64,000 bases of DNA from an uncultured bacterium (GTDB taxonomy: Bacteria > Pseudomonadota > Alphaproteobacteria > Rs-D84), in contig CATNBF010000001.1 in assembly GCA_950096895.1 (NCBI GenBank), positions 20,853-84,852 of the forward strand, given 5' to 3'. Positions 25,601 through 37,194 of this stretch are shown here, in pieces. Both the position numbers and the translations under genes were made by a program. Each line of letters starts with the position of its first letter. Position 1 is the stretch's first letter. Below the pieces are notes generated by a model. The model was not told the DNA's origin. It saw nothing but the letters and a program-made list of their open reading frames with translations, and searched no databases.

Positions 25601-28310
25601 GGTAACATTGGATACCACGGTTCCAGGAACCTATACAATCCAGATTATCGATAAAAACGACCGCGTTTGGGCATCAATACCGTACTTTGTTGCCGGGACA
25701 AAAAATATCACCATGACACGTGACAGTGCGGCCGAATTAACAATCAAGTTAAACCGTTCAGAATACGCACCCGGTGACAATGTTGCGGTTTCAATTACGG
25801 CCCCCTATGCCGGGACAGGTTTGATCACCATTGAACGCGACCGGGTCTATGCGTATAAATGGTTTAACACCACCGACACCACATCGGTACAATACATACG
25901 CATTCCCGATGATTTTGACGGCAGTGGTTACATCAATGTGTCCTTTGTCCGGGATATCAACAGTCGGGACATCTTTACATCACCCTATACCTATGCGGTG
26001 ACCCCATTTACTGCCCGCGATCCGTCACGGAAAATCAACATCACCATATCGGCACCGAAAAAGATCGAGACAAAAAAATTAAACATTGAATACAACGTAT
26101 CACAATCATCACGACTGATGATCTTTGCCGTTGATCGCGGCATCTTACAGGTGGGCCGATATACATTGCCCCGCCCGTTGGCACATTTTTACCAGAAATA
26201 TGCCCTGGGGGTGCAAACGTATCAAATTTTATCTTTGATCTTGCCTGAATATCGAATTTTGAACCAATTCGCCAAAACCGGCGGCGGCGATTATGATGGC
26301 GGGGCAAATGGAACCGCCCCCCAGACCAATCCTTTTGGGCGGCGCGTGGCCGAACCGGTGGCGTTCTATTCTGGAATTATTAATGCCCATGCCAATAAAC
26401 CAGGTCATGTGACATTTGATATCCCAGAATATTTTAATGGTCAACTGGATATTTATGCCGTGGCGGCATCATCACATGCCGTCGGATCGGCCAGTACGAA
26501 TACCACCGTCCAATCACCGGTTATGGTAACGCCATCTATGCCCTTGTTTGCCGCCCCAGGCGACACATTTACCGCCGGGGCCATTATTACCAACACCACA
26601 GATGATGCCCATTTGTCGGTGGATGTAACGGCATCAAAAAACATCCAGATCACCACCAATACCACCCACCAAATGGACATTCCCAATGGCAGTGAAAAAT
26701 TGTTACCAATTGGTATACGTGCATCAGATGTTGGCCCATCGGAAATTCAATTCGTGGCCAAAACAGATGCCGCCACACCATATACCGCCAATGCCACAGC
26801 AACAATGACGGTGCGCCCGATATCCACATTTGAATCTGTTATTCGCACCGGCGTAATAACCCAAGATCGAACAACCGTACGTCGGTTTAACGTCGACATG
26901 TATCCCGACAATCGAACCCGTCAAATATATATCAGCCGGGGCAACGCCGTATGGATGCGCCCGCTGATGCAATACTTGGATCAATATGATTTTGATTGCA
27001 GTGAACAACTGGCCTCGCGCGCGTTGGGGTATGTGTTGATGCCGAATAATAAAATCTTGGGCACAACATATGACACCGCGGCGAAACGCGTTAATAACGC
27101 GATTACCAAACTGCGTGGGCGTCAAAATCCCAATGGATCATTTGCCCTGTGGCCGGCGGATGACAGTGGCGATCACACGCCGGGTGTAACGGCATATGTC
27201 ACAGAATTCTTGATGGATGCACGCGACGGCGGTTTTACCGTTTCCCCCGAAATGATTTCACGGGCCGTTGATTACATGCGGGATGTGGCCGGTATGCCTG
27301 TGACAGACCAGACGGATTTATCCACCCAGGCATGGTTAATCTATCTGATTACACGGGCCGGATATGTTACAACAAATTACATCAGTGCATTCGAAGAATA
27401 TGCCAACAAAAATGCACCCAATTGGCCCCAGACAATTTCGGGCCCATATATCGCAGCGGCATATAAAATATTAAAACAATCCGATCGGGCGGACCAGATA
27501 CTGGGGCAATATCGGGCCCATACCGGTGCGCCAGAATATCGGTCTATGTTTAATAACACCGTGGCCAACGACGCCATTGCGGCATACATTACGCGAACAT
27601 ATTTTGGAATGGAAAATGATCAATTAATCCAGGCCATCCGTACCTATATCAACCGTGGCAATTATACCAGTTATACATCCGCCATGGCGATCCGGGGATT
27701 GGCCGGGAAACCGAATTCAGACCCATTGCCAGAATTTACCGTAACCGCAGACAAGACAACCATCCCAGGAAGCGTATCAGAATCCATGTGGACGGCCGAC
27801 ATTGCCGATAACATAGACACATTGACCATCAATTGTCCAACATGCGACACATCCCCCATGACATATACCATCATTATGGCGGGATATCCACGTCATGTGC
27901 GTCCCACCGAACAAGGCATCGAAATAACCCGTCACTATTATGACGCATCTGGCCATCGCATCACATCGGCAAAACTGGGACAAGATGTCACGGTTAAAAT
28001 CACCGCACGCGCCATTGGCGACGCCGATAACATCCCCAATGTGGCCATTGTTGATATGTTACCTGGGGCGTTTAACGTCATGCCCGAAACACTGGCCGGC
28101 AATATGACCCATGGCGAAGTCCGCGAAGACCGTGTCTTGATCTTTGCCAATATAACGCGGATGGGCCAAGAATTTACCTATACCGCGACGGCTGGTATTG
28201 TCGGGGACTTTGCGGTTCCCCCTATTTCGGCGGCCTCTATGTATAACCCCGGAATTCGCGCCATTACGAATTCTTCACGGATTATTGTGACGGATGACAC
28301 GGGGCGGTAA
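22611..28310 (+). CDS. bacterial alpha-2-macroglobulin family protein (membrane-anchored, thioester-containing)
   Basis: About 1900 aa with an N-terminal TM helix. CSEQ thioester motif at 26997-27008. It is followed by pbpC, the classic pairing. The start is placed at the ATG behind AAGGTGG; the track ORF starts at 22584. Confidence 0.85.
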   Translation: MAHKSSNTRNSGHLVKKTRTRVGLWGRLVYAAIAVIVVTAGGFAWHHHTKANEQTATYKLTLDTPTPARYMDTNPIIMTVGPNRVAMPEINPDRDMAAPTPLRIYYSFESGNYAPAMRMDLDAANLANAIKMTPAIRGKWTMPNPNMLMFTPDGNWPADTKFRIKISPRLINSDVHVNSRKVTFVTPRVAGTVDSFDVYPTGRGTVTGVGVVSFNYPVSGISNATTVKLNGNRIHSDVRMDTNNRTAIITTQPIPVRDIEQSLSLGISGATPTRISANTTIAAADNFFKITDITTAAVDDESGTPRQLVIITTSAAVRADTDWQKFIDVYLLPRQRDTDERSSHRWATDEITPDVLKKSKKLSITPTNLISPNGTYQYAFSYDVSDANTRYIYVTVREGIMSDIGFATGATVDKTMTVPYPQRSVKIAGDGALLSLNGDQKIGIVARGGVNAAYINVSKIKDTEINHLISQTYNIFTPLNFKSWSFGVDDMAVVFKKRIPFSNTSPTRVNYASVDLGEYLNKTPGDKTGIFVIQSGTTQSAADYNDRRLILMTNMGIIRKINSNGSSAVFVSLLDSGGPAGGIDVSVLGRNGNTVWTGVTNERGRVDIPVLKWNEYRGAREPIAIVARNGSDVCFVPYDAGGEQMVEYSKFDTGGVYATPNGALNAYVFSDRGIYRPGHELIIGAIVQSESAKSTAGIPVRVMIDDARGRSILDKKISLGTDGMFDVRYRLGADAPLGEYTVTLYSINSRHNTNDDVIGRTTFRVAEFTPDTMKINTKINNASDVGWISPSDMTANVTLNNLFGTPAQNRRITARATLSPSQFRFDQFPGYAFTPNIIGNSGLAANSGVVPRPITMELADVRTNDNGDAVIKIDFDRSIPSGTYVLNLNVRGFDGDGGRNVEMTTTARVSDATHLVGWRADGNLDYINRGTTRSVHIVSVDTSGTAAPTDDWRMRVIARENLTSLIKDASGYYKYQSTIRDRVIRTTPLTIPKDGQSVTLDTTVPGTYTIQIIDKNDRVWASIPYFVAGTKNITMTRDSAAELTIKLNRSEYAPGDNVAVSITAPYAGTGLITIERDRVYAYKWFNTTDTTSVQYIRIPDDFDGSGYINVSFVRDINSRDIFTSPYTYAVTPFTARDPSRKINITISAPKKIETKKLNIEYNVSQSSRLMIFAVDRGILQVGRYTLPRPLAHFYQKYALGVQTYQILSLILPEYRILNQFAKTGGGDYDGGANGTAPQTNPFGRRVAEPVAFYSGIINAHANKPGHVTFDIPEYFNGQLDIYAVAASSHAVGSASTNTTVQSPVMVTPSMPLFAAPGDTFTAGAIITNTTDDAHLSVDVTASKNIQITTNTTHQMDIPNGSEKLLPIGIRASDVGPSEIQFVAKTDAATPYTANATATMTVRPISTFESVIRTGVITQDRTTVRRFNVDMYPDNRTRQIYISRGNAVWMRPLMQYLDQYDFDCSEQLASRALGYVLMPNNKILGTTYDTAAKRVNNAITKLRGRQNPNGSFALWPADDSGDHTPGVTAYVTEFLMDARDGGFTVSPEMISRAVDYMRDVAGMPVTDQTDLSTQAWLIYLITRAGYVTTNYISAFEEYANKNAPNWPQTISGPYIAAAYKILKQSDRADQILGQYRAHTGAPEYRSMFNNTVANDAIAAYITRTYFGMENDQLIQAIRTYINRGNYTSYTSAMAIRGLAGKPNSDPLPEFTVTADKTTIPGSVSESMWTADIADNIDTLTINCPTCDTSPMTYTIIMAGYPRHVRPTEQGIEITRHYYDASGHRITSAKLGQDVTVKITARAIGDADNIPNVAIVDMLPGAFNVMPETLAGNMTHGEVREDRVLIFANITRMGQEFTYTATAGIVGDFAVPPISAASMYNPGIRAITNSSRIIVTDDTGR

Positions 28311-30654
28311 AAAAATCTTGGTTGGGATTTGCGGTGGCATCATTGCCATATGCGTTATATTGCGTATGTTTGTGATGCCACCATTGATGGCGGACGTTCC
28401 GTTTTCAAATGCGTATTATGATCGCAATGGGGAATTGTTGCGATTGACACTGGCGGCAGATGATAAATATCGATTGTATACGCCGCTATCTGAAATCGCC
28501 CCGGCGTTACGTAATGCCACTGTTTTATACGAAGATCGATGGTTTTTCTTTCATCCCGGGATCAATCCTATATCCTTGATCGGGGCAACCATTAACTATT
28601 TTACCCACCACACCCGACCCATCGGGGCATCAACCATCACGATGCAGGTTGCCCGTATGAAATACGATTTGGATACGACGCAACCAGGGGGCAAATTTAT
28701 TCAAATTATCGCCGCACTGTATATTGATCTGTTCTATTCTAAAAACGATATTCTCGAAGCATACTTAAACATGGCCCCCTATGGCGGAAACATCGTTGGG
28801 ATCGGCGCAGCGGCCCGAATTTACTTTGATCGCAATGCCGCCGATTTATCCCAAATAGAATCCATCACATTATCCACAATTCCGCAAAATCCGACACGAC
28901 GTGGATTACACAGTCCAAATGGATTGGCGCATGTACGCCAGATGCGACAAGATCTGGTGCGACGGTGGATCAAACGCTATCCAAATGATACAGAATTATT
29001 AACCATGGCCGATATGGATTTGGATGTACGCAGTCGCCAAGAATTGCCCTTTGCCGCCCCACATATGATCGACCGATTGATCCAGCAAGCCCAACATAAT
29101 GCCGCCCCCATCCCACAATCTGGGATAATTCATACCACAATCGATGCAGAATTAAATCGCCGATTAAATAATGCATTAACCCGGGAAATTGCGCGACGTC
29201 GATCCAGCGGTGTGGAAAATGCCGCCGTGTTGTTGATCAATTATCGAACCATGGAAACACACGCCTATATCGGATCAGCCGACTATTTCGACAAATCAAT
29301 TTATGGCGAAAATGATGGTGTCTATGCGCGACGCAGTCCGGGTTCAACACTAAAACCATTAATTTATGCCATGGCCATAGACCAAGGTTTAATTCATTCG
29401 ATGACATTACTGCGTGATGCACGCATTAACTTTGGGGTTTATGCCCCAGAAAATTCCGATAGTGAATTTTACGGTCCGGTCTTGGCCAAAGATGCATTAA
29501 ACCATTCGCGCAATATCCCGGCAATTGATCTGGTGCGGCGTGGCGGGATACGACATTTTTATCAATTATTGCGTGATGTGGGTATATCACACCTGCGGCC
29601 GGTGGAACATTATGGTGTCTCGATGGCCTTGGGCGGGGCCGAAGTATCGATGGCAGAACTGGCGAAAATTTATGCCACTATCGCAAACCTGGGGCGGGTA
29701 CAGCAAATTCGCATGCGTCAAGATACCCCATCCCAAGATGGACCACAACTGTTATCTGCCGAAGCTTTTTTTCTAACCCTGGATATGATGCGCCACGCCC
29801 CCAGCGGTTCGACGCGCATCGCGTATGCCCGAACATCAGACACCCCCATTGATCATTACTGGAAAACCGGTACATCATCATCTTATCGTGACGCATGGAC
29901 CGCTGGTATCTTTGGCGATTATGTGTTGGTTGTCTGGGTGGGTAACTTTGACGGGCGTCCCAACAACGCATTCAGCGGGGCCAAAACCGCCGCCCCTATT
30001 TATTTTCGCATGGCAGACGTCGTACGCGATTACGATGCCGCCCGTGGTCATCCTATTCAAAATCCAGACTTTTTACGCGATGGGTTAAATGTCACAAAAA
30101 TCGACATGTGCGATGATGTTGGTGGCATTGCGGGTGCGTATTGCCCGAAAAAAATAGCGGCTTATTTCATCCCAGGTACATCACCCATCGATATTTCACC
30201 GGTATACCGCGCGATCCCCATTGATCGATCCAGTGGTCTGCGTGCATGCCGTCCCGATCCCGATACAACGCAAATGAAAGTATATGAATTTTGGGATGCC
30301 GAATATCTGGATATGTTTCGCCGGGCCGGCATTACACGTCATACCCCGCCGGCATTTATCCCAGGATGTGATCTGGACACGATTTCTGATGCCACCACAC
30401 CACCCGTTATAACATCCCCCGTGGATCGAACACGCATTATTATCACCGACGAAACAGATAATGCGATGGTTTCAATGTCTGCTGTAACGACCAGCATGGA
30501 TAAAACATTGTTTTGGTTTTTAGATAACGCACTGGTTGGGACATCTTCATCGGGTGAAACCATCACATACCACACCCCCATTGGGGAACATAACTTGCGC
30601 GTGGTTGATAGTACTGGGACTGCCACAAAAATTAATTTTAGCGTTGCGAAATAA
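28294..30654 (+). CDS. pbpC: penicillin-binding protein 1C
   Basis: Transglycosylase motifs EDRWFFFHPGINP and GASTITMQ, plus a transpeptidase domain. 786 aa. It overlaps the A2M gene by 17 nt. Confidence 0.88.
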   Translation: MTRGGKKILVGICGGIIAICVILRMFVMPPLMADVPFSNAYYDRNGELLRLTLAADDKYRLYTPLSEIAPALRNATVLYEDRWFFFHPGINPISLIGATINYFTHHTRPIGASTITMQVARMKYDLDTTQPGGKFIQIIAALYIDLFYSKNDILEAYLNMAPYGGNIVGIGAAARIYFDRNAADLSQIESITLSTIPQNPTRRGLHSPNGLAHVRQMRQDLVRRWIKRYPNDTELLTMADMDLDVRSRQELPFAAPHMIDRLIQQAQHNAAPIPQSGIIHTTIDAELNRRLNNALTREIARRRSSGVENAAVLLINYRTMETHAYIGSADYFDKSIYGENDGVYARRSPGSTLKPLIYAMAIDQGLIHSMTLLRDARINFGVYAPENSDSEFYGPVLAKDALNHSRNIPAIDLVRRGGIRHFYQLLRDVGISHLRPVEHYGVSMALGGAEVSMAELAKIYATIANLGRVQQIRMRQDTPSQDGPQLLSAEAFFLTLDMMRHAPSGSTRIAYARTSDTPIDHYWKTGTSSSYRDAWTAGIFGDYVLVVWVGNFDGRPNNAFSGAKTAAPIYFRMADVVRDYDAARGHPIQNPDFLRDGLNVTKIDMCDDVGGIAGAYCPKKIAAYFIPGTSPIDISPVYRAIPIDRSSGLRACRPDPDTTQMKVYEFWDAEYLDMFRRAGITRHTPPAFIPGCDLDTISDATTPPVITSPVDRTRIIITDETDNAMVSMSAVTTSMDKTLFWFLDNALVGTSSSGETITYHTPIGEHNLRVVDSTGTATKINFSVAK

Positions 30655-30659
30655 TGACT

Positions 30660-33159
<2,500 letters not shown>

Positions 33160-33161
<2 letters not shown>

Positions 33162-33190
33162 AAAACGGTCCCTTGTGGGACCGCTTGCTT
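33160..33190. terminator. bidirectional terminator between ligA and the VirB11-like gene
   Basis: aaaaaacggtccc-ttgt-gggaccgcttgctttt. Confidence 0.6.
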
Positions 33191-34186
33191 TTACACCACC
33201 GCAGTAACCGCACGTAATGCCCCATCCCGCGACAATTGAACCACGCGCAGCTTGTTTTTCATTTCTGAAATTAATTCTGTGCGATTGTATGCCGGCTGGG
33301 TATGTAAAATACGATCCGCAAAGGCCGCATAGGCGGCATCTGGGCTTTCTGCATGAATGGTTGTATAAAAATGATCATGCCCCGTCCCCAGCATTTCCCA
33401 CATTACCGCCGCATTATCAGTGGAAATTTCACCCCCGATAATAACATCGGGCGTCATCCGAACCACCAAATCCAGCAAACGGGCATAATTAAAATCGTTC
33501 GTCTGTTCCGTACGTGACAAGACAAAGTGCACGCGATTCGCCTGGGGGACACGAATTTCCCGGGCATCTTCGACAGTGATTACACGGCTGTCTTTATCAA
33601 TCAACGTCAGCATATGATTCAAAAACGTCGTTTTTCCCGTGGCGGTCGCACCACTGATTAAAATCGGGCTGCCATCATTAATGGCCGATATCAACCGTTC
33701 GTATGGATCATCTGGGCGCGTTGTATGCCGCGGCTTTACCGCCAATAACTTTTCCCCGCGTTTAAGATGATAGTTTTCAAAACTCGTCTCTGGCGCACTG
33801 CCGCCACGAATATTTAACGCCACGCCCCCGGTTACATCGTTATCGTCATATTGAACATTTGGACCGGCAATCGCACTAAATCGATGATTACCTGGTAACG
33901 TCGCATAGACGACCGGTATCCCATGGGTGGGGTTAAATGGCCGCTCGTATATATTGGCGACGGTGTGAATCAGATCAACCAAATATTGCTTGCTTAACCC
34001 CGGCGCGTCATAGGCCCCCCATGGCACCCGCGCCCCATGCAGACGCATCCATACCTGGCCCGGGTGATTGATGGCAATTTCTTCGACAAAAGATGGTCGA
34101 TAAAATTCCGCCAATGGTTTCAGCAAAGATTCCAATACAACATTTGTCATTTGATATGATTTTATCATAATCGTTACTTGAATCAA
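33191..34186 (-). CDS. VirB11-family type IV secretion ATPase (orphan)
   Basis: Walker A ISGATATGKTT, VITVEDAREI and GGEISTD..TGH. The ~330 aa size is typical of VirB11. The exact start is uncertain. Confidence 0.7.
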   Translation of the reverse strand: MIQVTIMIKSYQMTNVVLESLLKPLAEFYRPSFVEEIAINHPGQVWMRLHGARVPWGAYDAPGLSKQYLVDLIHTVANIYERPFNPTHGIPVVYATLPGNHRFSAIAGPNVQYDDNDVTGGVALNIRGGSAPETSFENYHLKRGEKLLAVKPRHTTRPDDPYERLISAINDGSPILISGATATGKTTFLNHMLTLIDKDSRVITVEDAREIRVPQANRVHFVLSRTEQTNDFNYARLLDLVVRMTPDVIIGGEISTDNAAVMWEMLGTGHDHFYTTIHAESPDAAYAAFADRILHTQPAYNRTELISEMKNKLRVVQLSRDGALRAVTAVV

Positions 34187-34226
34187 AAATGTTTATTTGA
34201 TAAAATTAAAAAAAAGAGAGAAAAAG

Positions 34227-34790
34227 ATGAAGTTATCAAAAATACTTGCATTATGTTCTGTTTTAACACTGGGGGCATGCATTAATCATGATGACATGCC
34301 ATATAATGTCGATGATTTTGCCATGGGTGGCCCCGATGCCCCGTTATATAACGAACGCACCAGCGGGTTTATGCAACCGGACAATCAATACGCCAATATC
34401 GATTCTTATCGGCCAAAAACCGCCGAAGAAAAAGAACGATCCAGTGCCCGTTGGAACACCGCAAGAATGGAAACCCGTTGGCAAGAATACAAGGGAACCA
34501 TGGTGCGTGTTCAAATCTTGTTGGGCGATACAGATTTACGCGAAATGCGCTTGCGCATGATGCAGAACGCCGATGGAATGGATGTTGACGGGGATGCCCG
34601 TACCATTTTGTCACATGTCGCCGATTATGAAATGAAGCGCGTTTGTGGCCGTAACGCCGATAGCATTGTTATGGTCTATGACGAACCATCATTTGATGTT
34701 ATGCGCCCAACCCCCTATTTTGATTATAAGATAGAGGCCGAAGGGGCCACCATGCGCGAATATGGATTCCGGTGCGTTTATCGTCAATAA
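34227..34790 (+). CDS. lipoprotein, unknown function
   Basis: MKLSKILALCSVLTLGA|C lipobox. The start is moved to the second ATG of the track ORF. Confidence 0.55.
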   Translation: MKLSKILALCSVLTLGACINHDDMPYNVDDFAMGGPDAPLYNERTSGFMQPDNQYANIDSYRPKTAEEKERSSARWNTARMETRWQEYKGTMVRVQILLGDTDLREMRLRMMQNADGMDVDGDARTILSHVADYEMKRVCGRNADSIVMVYDEPSFDVMRPTPYFDYKIEAEGATMREYGFRCVYRQ

Positions 34791-34818
34791 ATATCACCAT
34801 TAACCAAAGGATCAAAGA

Positions 34819-35142
34819 ATGAAAAAAATTATGTCTGCGGCGGCCATATGTGGCGCAGCGTTTTTAGGGGCATGCGATAGCAATGCCGGCGCAAAAAATG
34901 GTGATACGGTAATCATTGACTTTGCCGGATTCTTGGACGGCGTACAATTCCCCGGCGGTACCGCCAATGGGTTCCCATTAAAACTGGGCAGTGGTCAATT
35001 CGTCCCGGGCTTTGAAGAACAATTAATCGGGGCCAAGAAAGGCGATGTGCGTGACGTAAATATCACGTTTCCCACACAATATGTTCCCGAACTGGCCGGC
35101 AAAGATGTCGTGTTCAAGGTAACAGTTGTTGATATTCTGTGA
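34819..35142 (+). CDS. lipoprotein consisting of a stand-alone trigger-factor-type FKBP PPIase domain
   Basis: Lipobox FLGA|C. The rest, GDTVIIDFAGFLDGVQFPGGTANGFPLKLGSGQFVPGFEEQLIGAKKGD..FPTQY..LAGKDVVFKVTV, matches the trigger factor PPIase core pattern. Confidence 0.7.
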   Translation: MKKIMSAAAICGAAFLGACDSNAGAKNGDTVIIDFAGFLDGVQFPGGTANGFPLKLGSGQFVPGFEEQLIGAKKGDVRDVNITFPTQYVPELAGKDVVFKVTVVDIL

Positions 35143-35144
35143 TA

Positions 35145-35175
35145 AAAATTCCCCGCCGTCTGGCGGGATTTTTTA
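35145..35175 (+). terminator. intrinsic terminator
   Basis: aaaattccccgcc-gtct-ggcgggatttttt. Confidence 0.7.
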
Positions 35176-35206
35176 CGCCCCCCGCCTGTCTATTCCACAG
35201 ATCTGG

Positions 35207-35583
35207 CATATATAATCAAAGAATTATTTGTCGGCACGGCACGGTGTTTTATCGTACGCCCCTTTTATTTCCTGTCTTTGCCACCGCATCACTGACATAC
35301 CACATAAATCCCACGTCGACTGATAAATCCCATGGCATAGCTTAGCTGCGTCTGTCCTTGCGTTATGATGCGCCCCAACGTGTGATTTCTTTCCTGGACT
35401 CTACAAAGCACACAATGCGGATCCATGTTTTATGCATATTAACATATAAATCTTAATGCCATTGGCCCGCACCACATCACGGGATTTTTTACGTCCCCGG
35501 ACCATCTATAATTCCATGGATCGACCCGTAATTATATATAATCAACGAATTTTTACGCCACCGTATGGTGTTTTTATTGTGCA
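35207..35583 (+). repeat. two copies of a ~50-nt repeat starting with TATATAAT in an ORF-free region
   Basis: 35207-35257 (catatataatcaaagaattatttgtcggcacggcacggtgttttatcgt) versus 35533-35583 (tatatataatcaacgaatttttacgccaccgtatggtgtttttattgt). Confidence 0.5.
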
Positions 35584-35980
35584 CTGCATCCACCGCATGC
35601 ATTGGAAACCACAGTATATTAAAGCATATCGTCGTCAAATGCCAAATCCCCTTAGCATAAACTATTTCTGCCAATCCCACCCACCATGGCAACATGCCTA
35701 ACCCGGATACTGCATTACATGATGTAATACGCAAACCAAAACAAACGCATGCCAGACATGCACGCCACACGGTCAACGCATGACACGGTGAAAACCAAAC
35801 CCAAAAATTGCTATTCCCATCGAATGGCGAAACCTGACCCATAACCCTGGCTATAACGTCAATCCTTGCAGAACCATTGTGCCCTGACGCATAATGTTTT
35901 GTATTCGTATGCCATCATTCGATCCCCATAATCCCCCCATGCTTTAGGCAGCAAAATGCATAAATTCTATGAATGGCCAT

Positions 35981-36009
35981 AAAAAATCCCGCCATATGGC
36001 GGGGGATTT
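35981..36009 (-). terminator. intrinsic terminator of the MotB-like gene
   Basis: Minus strand reads aaaaatcccccgccatatggcgggatttttt. Confidence 0.7.
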
Positions 36010-37164
36010 TTAACGATTTGTTAACTGCAGCTCTATACGGCGATTCTTTTGCATACTGGCCGGATCATTACCCAATTCAACCGGATGCATTTCACCAAAT
36101 CCACTGGGGACCAAACGCCGCTTTGACACACCGGCACGGGCCAATTCATCGGCCACCGCCGTTGCACGACGCAATGACAATTCTGTATTGTTGCGATATT
36201 CACGTGTCCCCGGAATAATCCCTGTCCGATCGGTATGTCCATCAACACGGATAATCCAATTAACATCCGATGGAATTTGATGTTCTAAATCCTTGATCAC
36301 ATTCGCAATCAGACGCAATTGATTTTTACCTTCGGGGGATAATGTGTACGCCCCGCTGGGGAATAAAATATCGCTGGATACAATAAAGCGATCACCATCA
36401 GGCTGGATCGTGGTGCGATCCCCCAAGGCGTTTTTGATCGCCTTGTAAAACCCAGATTGGTATTGTGTAACATTGTTTAATTCTGCAACCTTGGAATTTA
36501 ATTCCGCCACTTTATCTGCCAATGCTTTGTTCAATTTATTGGACATTTCAATATATTGAATTTCTTGATCGGCGGCTTTGGCCTCTGCCGCGTTCAATGC
36601 AGCTTGCAGACTGGCCAGCTGATCGGCCAATTGGGCACGCTGCTGGGTCATCTGGGCCTGTAAATCACGCCGTTCTTGTTCCAATTCGGCACTTTTTGCC
36701 GCGTCGGCATTGGCCTGGTTTAATTGCGTGGTTAACAACGCCACCTGTTCTTGCATGTTAACACCGGCGGCCTGTAATTCGGCAACCTTGGCCTCGTACG
36801 CGGCAATCAGATCTTCGATCGACATATCAATTTCTTGCAATTCAGTGTCCAATGCATCCACTTCGTTGCTTAATTCCGCCTTGTCATTTTCCAAGTTTTC
36901 CAATTCTGCCCGCGCCAGCAATAACAACCGTTTGGCTTCCTGCTCATCAGCCGTCATTTGGGCAATTGTTTGCGCCTGTTCTTCGTTTGTCTTTTTTAAT
37001 TCAGAAACAGTTTTGATCCCAGACGTCTTGTTAAATACACTGGTCGTGGTCCACAAAAATACAAAGACAATCAATAAAAAGATTAATATGATAACCAGAT
37101 TGGAAAATAAATCCACAAAACCTGGCCATGAATTCGTCTTTTCACGAAAGCGAATATTTACCAT
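36010..37164 (-). CDS. MotB/OmpA-like peptidoglycan-binding protein with a long coiled-coil linker
   Basis: N-terminal TM helix, about 200 aa of heptad-rich A/E/Q/L sequence, and a C-terminal OmpA-like domain (VDGHTDRTG..NTELSLRRATAVADEL). Confidence 0.75.
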   Translation of the reverse strand: MVNIRFREKTNSWPGFVDLFSNLVIILIFLLIVFVFLWTTTSVFNKTSGIKTVSELKKTNEEQAQTIAQMTADEQEAKRLLLLARAELENLENDKAELSNEVDALDTELQEIDMSIEDLIAAYEAKVAELQAAGVNMQEQVALLTTQLNQANADAAKSAELEQERRDLQAQMTQQRAQLADQLASLQAALNAAEAKAADQEIQYIEMSNKLNKALADKVAELNSKVAELNNVTQYQSGFYKAIKNALGDRTTIQPDGDRFIVSSDILFPSGAYTLSPEGKNQLRLIANVIKDLEHQIPSDVNWIIRVDGHTDRTGIIPGTREYRNNTELSLRRATAVADELARAGVSKRRLVPSGFGEMHPVELGNDPASMQKNRRIELQLTNR

Positions 37165-37194
37165 AATCCCTCTCCTTTGTTTCCATCATTCTCT

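Noticed and set aside
22616-28289. Minus-strand ORFs inside the alpha-2-macroglobulin gene (e.g. 23255-23734, 26724-27125)
   Set aside because: They are embedded antisense in a 5.7-kb continuous ORF with clear family features, and there is no supporting signal for them.
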